Source: the human T2T-CHM13v2.0 reference genome, Homo sapiens. From it: a stretch of 64,000 nt of DNA. Location: NCBI RefSeq assembly GCF_009914755.1, contig NC_060928.1; one strand, written 5' to 3'. This document shows positions 1-12,364 of this stretch, piece by piece (position 1 is the first letter of the stretch; the number at the start of each line of letters is the position of its first letter). A program made the translations under genes and the position numbers. The notes under the pieces are model-generated. The model was not told where the DNA came from. It did not search any database and saw nothing but the letters and a program-made list of their open reading frames with translations.

Positions 1-1754
1 ACTAGCTGAGTTTTTACTGCATGAGTGGGAGTGGAATTGACAAAATTATCCTAGGATGAGGGTTCTGCTGTTATTCCATACCCTGCAGACAGCCTTTGAT
101 GGTAGCTGAGGAAATTGCTTTATTTTGTACCTGCTATGAAGCAAGCAACTGGTGTGATCATAATACTGGCAGAGAAACGGCAGCTGGTAGAGAAAAGAGA
201 AGACAAACTCCTTTTTTTTCTCTTAGCCCAACAGAGCAATTATCCTAGTCCCCACAACCAGAAAGAGAAAACAAGACAAAACAGTACTTAAATTCTATAC
301 TATATTCAAGTCTTAATGAGAACGATTTTCTCCCGAAGGCTCTTCTAATCCACTGGTTTGGCCAGAGTTTCAAAGGGTTGCATGAATTCACATTAAAATA
401 TTAAAGTTAATATTTCAAAACTTTATAATGCCTTCCAAAATATTTTTGCATATATCACCTTCTACATTAAGTAAACATTTATTTGGTACATTATGTATGT
501 AACATTATAGCTTTCAAAAATTATATAAGAAATTGCAAGGAAAATGTCAAATATGATGGGAGAAACAGTCTTATTTTAAATGTTTGCTTCTAGGGCTTTG
601 ACTTAAAAATATTAACCTTAAATTTGAAAGGCCAAGGTTCATACTAAGTTTTCCAGAAACACATTAAAATTGTCACTATGAATATCAATAAACTAAACAT
701 CACTTTGAGTTTCGGCTTTCATCTTCAACTCAAACTTAAGCACACATTTCAAGGTTGCTTATGTATGTTAAAATATTCCATAGAAAAGTTTGCAAAAAGC
801 CTGTTTGTGAGCCTAAAAGTCCTGGTTATCTTCTTAACAAAGACCTTCAGTTGAACAGCTCAGCACAAAAGCAAGCCTTTCCAAGGCAACAAAAAAGACT
901 GCTAAGTCCAAAAAAAGAAAAAAGGCTCTAATACTACATAATTTCATTTGGGATCCAAATAAATTAAGAACAAGCCCCTCTTTCATTAAAGCAGTGACCC
1001 ATTTTATGGCAGTGGATTGTGGCTTGTTCACCTCTTTATTCAAATGTGACTTATGCTAACTAATGGAATTCAGGCCCCACCATTTCTAAAGGGGGCACAA
1101 TTGTGGCAGTTGGAAGATGGAGCTGTTTCCTTTCCATTCGAGCCTGATGTTTCCTCCTTGAATTATAAAACTTGAGAAATACATGTTGACGTTCTGTATT
1201 CGCAATGTGGGCATTGGCTGGGCATCACCATAATTGTCAGTGACAGACATTCTTTTACAAAGATAAGTTCTCACCTAATTTGTGTGAAGCAGTCCCCAAA
1301 GAATGTCGCGGTAACAGCCAGCACATGTGCAATATTGCTTTCAAATAACATGCATGTGCCAAATGCCAAAATGAAAATTTGTGGAAATGACATCTGCAAT
1401 TGCAGGAAAAAAAATGTCTCAAAGAAATCATGGGAGATTCTGTGTTTCTGGGAGTTGTTTAGGTCAGTGCTCTTTTCATAAAAAATGACTGCTTTGTCAC
1501 TCTTCTTGTGAGCTTCTCTGTGAACTTTAGCAAGAGGCAGGAAAGGGGTTAGGTCATTCAAGGGGCATCAACAAAAGCAGCAAGTTCAGAGTCACAACTA
1601 CAGTACGGTGTAAAGGATGGATACGAAAGCTCGTGGTTTCTCAGAAATTCCTATGTCTAATGTCTAATTTGATTTACTTGTATATGTCAAGCAAGGTTTA
1701 GCAAATCCAATGACAGGGCTTCTTTTAAGGAAAAATAGCAATAGCTACAGTTTA

Positions 1755-1893
1755 TATGATGCTTGCTGTGCGCCAGGCACCCTTCTAAGCTCTTTATGTA
1801 TATTAACTCATTAAATTCTCACAGCAGCCCCATGAGGTCTGTATAGTTGTTATTCCCATTTTACAGATGAAGAGGTCGAGGCATAAAGATTAA
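1755..1893 (-). mobile_element. MIR SINE, interrupted by an Alu (remainder ~2138-2203)
   Basis: GCCAGGCAC...ATTCCCATTTTACAGATGAAGAGGTCGAGGCA matches the reverse-complement MIR core. Confidence 0.85.
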
Positions 1894-1898
1894 AGACG

Positions 1899-2137
1899 AG
1901 GCTGGATGATGGCTCACGCCTGTAATCCCAACACATTTGGAGGCTGAAGCGGGTGGAATGACTTGAGGACAGGAGTTTGAGACCAGCTTGGGGAACACAG
2001 CAAGACCCCGTTTCTACAAAAAAATTTAAAAAATAGCCAATTGTGGTGGTGCATGCCTGTAGTCCCAGTTACTCAGGAGGCTGAGGTGGGAGGATCTCTA
2101 GAGCCCAGGAGTTGGAGGCTGCAGTGAGCTATGATGA
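1899..2137 (+). mobile_element. AluJ, 3'-truncated (no poly-A tail)
   Basis: GGCTCACGCCTGTAATCCCA...GAGCCCAGGAGTTGGAGGCTGCAGTGAGCTATGAT, AluJ-type right arm; stops before CACTCCAGCC. Confidence 0.92.
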
Positions 2138-3279
2138 TTAAGTAAAGGTTAAAGTTGGAAAGCAAACACTGCCTGGTTCCAGGTTCTGTGTGCTTAACTA
2201 CTAGATTATACAAGAAAGGAATGCTTATTTAATTAAATAATGAAGTTAAAGCACTTGACATAGTGAACATTCAAGCAATGTAATCTAATGTTATTGTTTT
2301 TATTATCATTCTCATTATATTTGCACTGTAGACTCTCTAGCCAATACTCCCATAAAGCCATTATCTGGATAATTTGATCAGTATACACAGCAGCTCTGGT
2401 CTTCGGAGCACCCCAACAGAAATCATTCTCCATTTCAAGGCATTCAGAGATAAAGTGTGTGAACAATTTCTTTAGAAACCAACTTACTTTTTCCCATGCA
2501 CATTATTATTTGGTAAAAATATTTGTAGTTGTATAATTATATTAATGATACAGATAGTTGTTTATTTTTAAGCTTCAACTCAAAAACATTGCTTCCCTTC
2601 CTCTACTATGCTTAATGCTTAATTCATTTTGACAGCTTTACTGAAAATGCAAAACTTACAAGTGCCCCCTTTTCCGACTTTGCCTCTCAGGGAGTAGGAG
2701 GTGTGGAAACTCCCCTTGACCGTATCAGCATCTGTGCAGGTGATGAAAATTCATGAGCTGCCTCTTGCCTTGAAAGTGAGCAGGATCTTCCAACTCCTTT
2801 ATGAGGGTAACAGTGAGAAGAAACCTTCCCTGGAGTCCGGGGTAGAGGACACAGTCACCTGCATAAGGCAGGAGAGAAGTGGTGCTCTGCTCGCAGGAGG
2901 GGCAGTGCCTGATCTGCAGCAGCCCTGACCAGGCCCAGTTCTGGGTACTGGTTACATTGTCTGCACCGTATGATCTCCAAAAGAGTCACTGAAATGCTTG
3001 TGAGCTCTACCGTGTTCAGCTACCTCTCATTAATCATACCCGAAATGATTTTCTTTTCAGTCTCATACTTTAAAAAATTTAATATTTTCATTAAGAAAAT
3101 CTAGACCCCCACTTTGGAATGAACTGATAATTGTAACTGTGATATAAATATAGTCAAGAAACAAAATAACATAAAGGAATAATGGTAGAATTGCTCTGGC
3201 GTGGATGAAAAAAGTTTTTTCTTCAAAAGCCATTGATTGAAACTCTAAGATAATCCAAGGCATAGGTTATCTTTTAAAA

Positions 3280-3868
3280 AAATAATTTATGGAGATGAAA
3301 TCTACATGATATAACATTAAGCACTTTGAAGTGAACAACTGAGGGCCATTTTGCCTATTCACAATGTGCAAGACCAACTTCTATTTAGTTCTAAAACATG
3401 CCCATCACCCCAAAGTGAAACCGATTGCTTATTGAACAGTTTCTCCCCATTTCCCCCAGCCCCTGGATACCACCAGTCGGCATTATTTTCCTATGAATTT
3501 ACCTATTCTGAGTCTGTCACATAAATGAAATAATACCATAGGTGACCTTCGATGTTGGGCTTATTTCACTCAGCATAATATTTTTAAGGTTCATTCACAT
3601 TGTAACATTTATCCACACTTTATTCCTTTTCATGGCTAAATATTATTCCCTTGTACATGTATGGAATATACCACATGGAACTACCACGGTTTGTTTCTCC
3701 GTTGCTCCACGGATGGGCATTTGGGTTGTTTCCACCTTTTGGCTCTTGTGACTGAGGCAGCTCTGAAAACATATGTGCATGGGTTTATTTGAGTATCTCT
3801 TTTCAATGTTTGAGGGTATATACACAAGAGTAGAATTGTGGAGTCATTAGATTATCTGTTTACTTAAT
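3280..3868 (-). mobile_element. Old L1 (L1MB-like) 3' end with ORF2 C-terminal remnant
   Basis: TTTCACTCAGCATAATATTTTTAAGGTTCATTCACATTGT and GATGGGCATTTGGGTTGTTTCCACCTTTTGGC are typical antisense L1M sequence. Confidence 0.88.
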
Positions 3869-4125
3869 TATTCAAGTTCTAGGTCATCCTTGGATCAACT
3901 AGTATCATCCTTGCTGGTCCACATCCCATGCATGAGTAATTTTTATTGTTATTTTTCCATCTCCTTTCCTACCCATTCTTTCCAATTCAGCTTATTATCA
4001 CTTTGTAAGCCTCAGAAGTTCTGGGTATGCTCTGCACTCTCATAGTCTCTTATGATGCCATTCTGCAGAAGAAAGAGAGACAAGATGCTTCCAGTGAGAA
4101 ATGTGGCATTAAAAAGCATGATATT

Positions 4126-4236
4126 AACTCAGCCATTCAGCAAACATTTGTAAGTCCCTGTGACCTGGACTTCCTGTTACATGCTTGGAATATAGATGGA
4201 ATAAACATGGGCCCTGCCCTCATAGAGTTTTCCATT
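4126..4236 (-). mobile_element. L2 3'-end fragment
   Basis: CATTCAGCAAACATTTG...CCCTGCCCTCATAGAGTTT resembles the antisense L2 terminus. Confidence 0.65.
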
Positions 4237-4689
4237 TTAAAAACAAACAAAGGGTATGAGTGTTGATTCATATGATTTAGATCACAATTTGATTTCTAAA
4301 AGCCATAAATGATATGGTGGCATTTTTCAAAGAAGAAATGTTTGTATCTATTTTTGAATCATGAGTGCATCTTTTCTTGCTCTATCTTGCTCATTCTCTG
4401 AATAGTTCCAACGTTCAGTCACAGCCCTGTAGTAAGCGGAAGATCCCTTTGAGATGATTCGTGGTTTCGTATCTGTCCTGTGACACATTGGCAGACTGAA
4501 TGTCAAAAACGCCCTCCTGAAAAGCTAAATTTCAGTCACAGAATGAATCTGTATGTGTACTTCTGGCATCCCCATGTTTCCCCAAAACTTTAGCAAGAGT
4601 GCATTTCAGTTTTAAAACAATAGAGCATTCATTTGCATCTGAAGGGCATGAGACTCTAAAAAATATAACAAGTTTAACAATTCATGTAA

Positions 4690-5112
<423 letters not shown>

Positions 5113-5164
5113 TGAGAGAGCTAGATGCAGATACAGAGGGATATATTAGAATACAGACTAAATG

Positions 5165-5450
5165 GATCCCCAAATTGAGTGAATTTAAAAAATAGAAATG
5201 TATCAGTCTCTCATGTAACAGCCATATGCTACAAGGAAAAAGAGGCTTTCATCTCTAGGTTCAAGATGGCAGCAGCAGCTCCAGACAAGACATCTGCATC
5301 CCAGCCAGTGGGAATGAGCCAGTGCAGGACAGCCTGTTCGTTTTAGGAGTGCATCCTGTGAGTAGCACACATCATTTCCACTTGGATAGTCCTAGTCATA
5401 ACTTTGTCATACGGTCACATTTTCAAGGGAGGTTTGGAAAGGTAATCATA
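5165..5450 (-). mobile_element. Old MaLR LTR fragment (MLT1J-like)
   Basis: TTCAAGATGGCAGCAGCAGCTCCAG and GTCACATTTTCAAGGGAGGTTTGGAAAGGTA match MLT1J/L-type motifs. Confidence 0.65.
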
Positions 5451-7219
5451 TAGTTTAAAACTTTGGAGCTCTAATAGAAAAAAAGAAAAGAATGTGTCTG
5501 AAGAGATCCAGCAAGCTTTGCCAGATAGTGAATTCTCTGATGTGACGAATGTTCCATTTGATTCAAGTAGATACCAAGCTAATAAAGATGTAATCTAGCT
5601 GAGATTCTAGATTCTAGAATGAATTCTTAACTATTTTCCAATAATAAAGTCAGGGGGATTTAGAGTAGCCATCTAGAAATAACCTTGTAACCATGGTTTT
5701 AGTCAGTACTTATATCTTTATTGATTTTGATTCGATTTCAACAATATAAAAAATATAGCAAAGTTTGGTTAAAACCCAACATTTCTTCAGTAATAAAGCT
5801 CTTCTCATTTTATGGCCTGTTGTAGGTAGAAAACACCAAATATATATGTACATCTATTCTCCATTTATGGGTCACCTCATAATTTTGCTTAACAAATGAT
5901 ACACCAACACATTTTTGTGTGTTGTAGATAAATTATTTAAAAATCTGATTCAATAAACAAATCTAAATTAATATGAAAGGACAGATTCTGTTTCTATGAG
6001 AAATCTGCCAGAAAGATACATTTTACACTTGAAGTTAAACTTTTCAATAATTTATTCTCTCTCTAGGCTGCCTGAAATTCTAAATTGTTCAGATTACTGC
6101 TTGGGTGCATGGATGACCTAGTACCAGGGTACACCTGATGGCAATTGTTTATATATAGAACACAATCCTGATCAGTCTCTGACACTTACTACTGACTTCC
6201 TGCTGCTCAAAAATGTGTACTCTAATAGCATTTGTATGTTTTCTTTTCCCTCAAGGTTTCAGATTCCTTCTCTACAAGAACATGGAAAATTAGAATGAAC
6301 ATTACAGACACTATAATAGAAGCAGTCCAAGCAATTTCACTGTACTCTGAGATACCATATGGTACTTGCTAAATAAAAATATATTATCTATGTGTAGAGA
6401 TATATCTATATAGATATAGGCGTGTACAAAGACTGATTTAAACATTTGTCTTTTGCAGATTTCAAACTTAAGAATTCCAAACATCATTAACCCCTAATAT
6501 GCAACATCTTTAATATTTCAACTTACAATAACTTTTAAAAAGAGATAAATGAGTAATTAAAAACAAATTTCTAAAAATGGACAGAACTATAAGTTTAAAA
6601 CTATAACCCTTTTGAAAATGACTTCTCCAGACATTTGGAATTCCCATAAAATAACAACTCTAATACGGCTAGGGTGTTCAAATTATTAATCAGCAATTCA
6701 ATGTATGCTAAACTGTTAATTGAATTTTTTTAAAGAAAATAGATTGTAAAGTTTTTATCAGTTTTATCACACATCTGTTTAAACAAACAGCTTTTGAAAG
6801 AATTTGTATGGTGGAGATTGAGATAAGTTTGTGTTTTTTCTTTTTTAATTTTTTCAAGGCTAACAGGAGTCCCTTCTGCCCCTGAGGCAGAAGGAAGCAA
6901 AATGTTCTGTGATCCCTAGTGGTTTCACTGCTATGACACAGAGGAGTTAAATGTAGAGAGACTCCTGAGAACATAGACAAGTGTGGGAAAAAAAAAAAAC
7001 AAAAAACTTTTCTGAGGCCTAAAAAAAAAAGAGAGAGATCAGCAAGACGATAAGGAGACTGGTAGGAAATCTAACCTGAAGATGAGAGAATCTCTGTGCA
7101 CCCCCAGATGGCTGACTTCCTGCCACTCAGGTGACTCAGGTGTTCCTGGGACATGCCTTTCCTGACACCTGATCAGAAGTGGTGTCTTGCTGCTCCACTT
7201 CTTGGCACTCTGTGAAATC

Positions 7220-7930
7220 ATCCTGTCCTATTTGCTTATTGCCTGTCCACCAGAATACAAATTCCGTTAGATCTGGCTTCATCTGTGTCCTCAGCGCCTT
7301 GGCCACATTTACTTGCCTAGTAATTGGTACTCAGTAAATATTTGTTGTAAGGGTCAAGGAATCACTGAACATCCTAATTAAAATTATTTACGTGTTTCGA
7401 CAAATATTAGTCAATATTTAAATATGTAGTAGGCGTTTACACTTTCCATTTTACCTTCTAAGTCTCTTTCAAATCTGTCCATCTCTCTTCAGCTTCACTG
7501 CCATCCCCGACTTCAAGCTACCCTCTTCTGTTGATTGAACAAGTGCCCTAGACTCCTGTCCTAGCATCCACTGAAGTACCAACCTCCAATCCGCAGCCTT
7601 TCATGGGGCAGAGTAATTTGTATTTTGAAATGAGAACCCTTTCATAGTAAAGTCCTACTTAACCCACTTCAAATTGTCTCATCTCCCTTAGAACTCTGTT
7701 TTGACTTGTTCTCCACAGTATTGCAAGGACTGGCCGCCACCTCTTTTTTCTAGAGCCACTACAACTGTATTTCCCTTATTCTCTGCAGTTCAGCCACCAG
7801 GACCATTTTGCAGGGTCCCTTTCTCCGAGAAGCCTTTTTATTCTGCTGTTTTGACTACCTGGCACGCCCCACCCATTCCTTCCACTTTAGCTAGTTACTA
7901 ACCATCTGACTACAAATCAAGCATTCACAT
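7220..7930 (+). mobile_element. L2 fragments
   Basis: GGTACTCAGTAAATATTTGTTG (L2 3' tail) and pyrimidine-rich L2 body TCAAATCTGTCCATCTCTCTTCAGCTTCACTGCCA. Confidence 0.65.
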
Positions 7931-8284
7931 CATTGCCATTCAGCTTCCCATTGGCACAGAAAGAGGCTACAGGGGCTAAGTTAAGGAATGCGAAGTACCC
8001 TCCTCGTTACTCCTCAAAAAGGAAAGAAAGTGAGCTTTTTCTTAGAGAGCCTCCACCTCCATGCCCGTGGTGGTCGCCATGGCAGAGGGACTCAAGCTAA
8101 AAATCCCTGGAAGCAGCATGCAATCAGCCACAAGGTTTTCCTCTTCTGACACCTAAACACCCATACTTTGAGATGTGAGAGAGAGATTGCAGACAAGTCT
8201 TCAGACACATATTCATTCACTCATTCAAAGACACGTATTAGAGTTAATCATGTGCCAGGGACTGAGCCTTGAACTTTCTTGAAC

Positions 8285-8685
8285 CCTTGTTCATGCTGAT
8301 CCTTCTACTTGTGGTATACTTTCCCTCTTTCCCTTCCATCCTTTCAACGTCCTTAAGTCCCTGGTGAAGCCCCACTCTTCTTTCAAGGCCCAGTTGAAAT
8401 GTGACCTCTTATCTGAAGCTTCCCTGAACTACTTCAGGCTGAATTAATTGCTCCTCTCTCTCTGTTCCCAAAGGAGTTAGTTCATACGTTTTGTAAAAGC
8501 ACTTATCACATTGCATTATAACTATTTGCATATCTGTGTCCTTTCTGGACTTTCTTCTTTGTAGCAGGGACCATATCTTACTCATCTTTAAGTCTCTCAT
8601 CTTATACTCAGATATCACGCTTACATCCCTGGCTCTCATCACAGGGCTTGGCAGGTGACAGGCACTATTTAAATATTGGTTTTTG
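8285..8685 (+). mobile_element. L2 (L2c/d-like) 3' region
   Basis: TTCAAGGCCCAGTTGAAATGTGACCTCTT...GCAGGGACCATATCTTACTCATCTTT. Confidence 0.75.
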
Positions 8686-10417
8686 CTTAAATGCTGAGGG
8701 TTCCTCAGACATCCTTGGACACTGCCATGAATGTTGAGATGTAAATAGTCATAGGATATATTTTACAATCTTTCTGGATGATTTGTTAAATAAATTCTCT
8801 CGGCATTGTTACTTTTTGAGGGAAACTTTTATGATAGCCCAAATTCCCAATGCATAGAAAGACAAAGACAATAGAAAAATACAAACTTTGCAAAAATCAG
8901 GGCAATAAGAAATCTGAAAAGCAAGTGGGAATGCAACCATCCTTGGAAATTAGGCTAGGTCACTGAGGAAAGGATCCAAAGAAATAGCACAAGAGTGTAG
9001 GGACATATTCAGAGGGACAAAACACAAAAGAAACAGAAATATGTTATTATAGAAAGGCAACATAAAAATATTCCTAAATAATATATATCAAGTAGACTTT
9101 TTTCCACAATGAAAAAATACAGGAATACGTGTAAAATAACATTTAAGAGGAAGGATTTGGAAACCAGCCCCAACCACATTGTGTTACTGTACCTCCCTTG
9201 ACGTTAGTCACATTACCTTTGAGGTTTAGTTAAATTTGTGGCTTGCTCGTGCCTGAGGGATAGTTAAGAATAGACAGGTTTAAGTCTACTACCAAATATC
9301 AACTCTCTCCAGGGAACATTGCAATTATCTAGCTTGATCTGAGACCCCTAAATGGTAAGAAACCTCTTTGTAAATCTCAGATTTAGACATCTTGCTGCAT
9401 ACACGTGGAAAAAAGGATCCAACCTAACTTGGAACCATCAGATAGCTTGAATCAGCTTTGGCCTGGAGCAGGATGACTAGTTTTCAGTTGTGCAATGGAG
9501 GCAGCTTTGATTACACTCTCCAGGCCCCCTGACATTCCTGTTTCAGGATAGTCCTTGGCATAAATCCATGCTGTTGGTGTATGGAGTTGGCTATGAATGT
9601 CCCCAAACCTGGACTCTGTAAAGGGACACTGATGAAGCAGGCTAGAGGCAGCAGTTTATTGACAGTCTGAATGGATAATCATGGGCTTAAGTCTTGCTCC
9701 TCATTGTCCCTATTAATTCTGCCTTTGGTTCACTTTCACATACTCCTCACCCAGACTGGAGAATGTTGTCCTTCATATGAAAAGCAAACAAAAATGGATT
9801 GCATTCAGTCAACCCCTACCTTGATGGTGGCCTGATGGGAGGTTTTGAACTCAAAGTAGGCCACTGAAGGAGATGAATATTTTGAAAATAGCTTATGCAC
9901 ATCAATAGGATTAGAGGATGGAAACCTTTGTTGACTTAAGGGGGAGGCAGATTGTATTTCAGCACTATTTCTAGTTATTACATTATTCAGCCCTTGTGAA
10001 TAATGAAAAGATTGTTTGAACTCTAAACAAGAAAAAATACTGTATTCAGCTTTAAAGAGAGAGAAAACAATGAAACTTTTGAATAGATCAGCTGGTTTAA
10101 CCTTAGTATGTGGCTAGGTATGGAAACGTGGTATTAATCTGTGAAAACCTCCAGGAGAGTAGCAGATGTGAGAAAAAGCACTATGACTAGGAATGTCAGC
10201 CCAGTTTGTTTATTTGGCAGATTGTATATTTAACAAGGAAGCAATGGATGAAAGACTTTGACTCTGTTTTGTGTAAGCCTCACTCTACCTGGAATCCATC
10301 CTTTCTCCCTTCCCCTAACACATATGCAATCTCTGTGGAAATCTGTTTATCATACAAGATACCACCAACATCATCTCATGTGAAGTCTTCTTGGGCCGCC
10401 TTAAGTTCCTCTGACTC

Positions 10418-10899
10418 TGTGGTAGAAAGAATAATGTCCCCTTCCCCAAGATGTCCCCATCCTAATTCCCGGAACCTATGAATATGCCACCTTGCACTGC
10501 AAAAGGAAGAGACTTTGCAGGTGTGAATAAAGATCTCGAGACGGGAAGGTTTTCTGGGATTAGCTTCTTGGACCCAAGGACTCACAAGGGTCCTCATGAG
10601 TGAAAAAGGTGGCAGGAGACTCCCATTCAGAGGGATGTGGCATGAAAAAGACTCAGTTGGTCATTGCTGGCTTTGAAGACAAAAGGGGTCCATGAGCCAA
10701 AGGAGGCAGGCACCCTCTGGTAGCTGGAAAATTCATGGAAACTGATCCTCACCTAGAGTCTCCGGCAGGAACACAGCTCTGCCAACATGTTGGTTTTAGC
10801 CCAGGAAGACCCATTTCTGACCCCTCACCCAGAACTGTAATAAACGTGTGTTCCTTTCAGCTTCTAAGTTTGTTACAGTAGCAATAGGAAGCTGGCACA
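10418..10899 (+). mobile_element. MLT1D solo LTR (ERVL-MaLR)
   Basis: Starts TGTGGTAG, contains TTGCTGGCTTTGAAGA...CCATGAGCCAAAGGA...GCTGGAAAA, ends TTTGTTACAGTAGCAATAGGAAGCTGGCACA. Confidence 0.9.
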
Positions 10900-11479
10900 G
10901 ATGTCCTGGCACAATTTTCCACTCCTTTCCTCTGCATCCCTGTCATTTTTTACACATCAAGCAGTGCCTTCCTCAGTGTGTCCCCGCTACTTATTTGTGG
11001 GTTGTCTTCCCATATGTTTCTTCCTCAGACACTAAACTGAAACCAGTGTCTTATTCATCCTTGTTTCCCTTGTGGGATCAGGTACTCCACCAACCTGCTT
11101 AAGAAACATGGAAAAGATTCACTGCAGGTTCATTTGTATCAAGGATTTGCTCAGATATCCTTCTATGCGCAAGCCACTCTTTCATTCATTTTTCATCCTC
11201 TTGGCTCCTGACTCGCTCTCTGAATTCCAGAATCTTATTCTAATGAAATATGGGACACAAGTCTCTGGCTCTGACTTTGACACCGTCTCACCCTTCCCAG
11301 CGCAAGCCACTCCCTTGACATCCCTATTAGTAGGGACAGCTCTCCTGGCTCTGCCAATCACTGCCCTAATTCTCCATTTCCTGGAATTAAACCTGGCACA
11401 ACAAATGTTAAATGAATCCTGATTAAATACATAGGCCAATGCAAAATAGTATACAAATGACTTATTTTACTAGGTGGTA

Positions 11480-11650
11480 GGGAAAATAGCCACAGGCATC
11501 AATGTAGGAGGCTACAACACGCAAGGGACAGCTCCAGGGTCGTCTCTGGTTTCCTACTCTTAATGATTTTGCCAATGACATAGATGGGACTTGGTGGTAA
11601 GCAAGTTTGTAAATCAAGTACATTTACTAAAACTTGTAGGGAATTATGCA
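11480..11650 (+). mobile_element. Probable L3/CR1 LINE remnant (RT region)
   Basis: CTCCAGGGTCGTCTCTGGTTTCCTACTCTTAATGATTTTGCCAATGACATAGAT resembles the degenerate PQGSVLGP.LFNIFINDLD block of CR1 RT. Confidence 0.45.
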
Positions 11651-11964
11651 TAGTGATTATAATACTATATTCTTTGTGGTTTTCAGTAAATGTTAATAGA
11701 GACTATCTATTTTCTTTTTTATCAGATATGTGAGAGACATGGCTTTGTCTTTCACAGGAAAATGGCTTTATTTATCAGAAAGCACATCACATCAACACTG
11801 GCACAAGGAATCAATATTTATTTGGTGGAAATTTGATATCAATAAATTACCCAATGATAAATATTTATCATATGCATATATGCATTGCATTTATTCGAAC
11901 TGTTATCATAGGTGAGGGTAGGCTATAATAGAAGAAAAATTAAGTAATGATTCAAAAAGTCTTT

Positions 11965-12083
11965 ATGGTATTTTCAGTTCTGTTATTAACTTTGAGAATA
12001 TCATTTAGTTCCTTTAAGCCTCAGTTTTCTCATCTCAACATGAAATATTTAGAATTTACTTCCAATTCTAACATTCTTTGATC
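11965..12083 (+). mobile_element. MIR3/MIRc fragment
   Basis: TAAGCCTCAGTTTTCTCATCT core and TTCCAATTCTAACATTCTTTGATC tail. Confidence 0.7.
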
Positions 12084-12102
12084 TTTAATAACATCCAAGA
12101 CA

Positions 12103-12364
12103 GGCTGGTTGGTGGCTCAAGCCTGTAATCCCAGCATTTTGAGAAGCTGAGGCAGGCGGATCACTTGAGCTCCGTCATTCGAGACCAGCCTGTGTAACAC
12201 AGAGAAACCCAATCTCTACAAAAACAATACAAAAAAATTAGCGAGGCATAGTATCACATGCTTGTGGTCTCCCCTCTTCAGAAGGCTGAGGTGGGAGGAC
12301 CACTTGAGCCCAGAAGGTCAAGGGTGGAGCGAGCTGCGATTATGCAGCTGCACTCCAGCCTGGG
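12103..12364 (+). mobile_element. AluJ, 5' portion (split by THE1; 3' remainder at 14641-14675)
   Basis: Alu runs to CACTCCAGCCTGGG and resumes after the THE1 as CTGGGTTACAGAATGAGATCCAGTCTCAAACAAAA. Confidence 0.93.

Noticed and set aside
1899-2147. Tail-less AluJ joined to MIR at GATTAA
   Set aside because: Best explained by an ordinary post-insertion deletion
6401-6418. 18-bp palindrome TATATCTATATAGATATA
   Set aside because: Low-complexity TA-rich sequence
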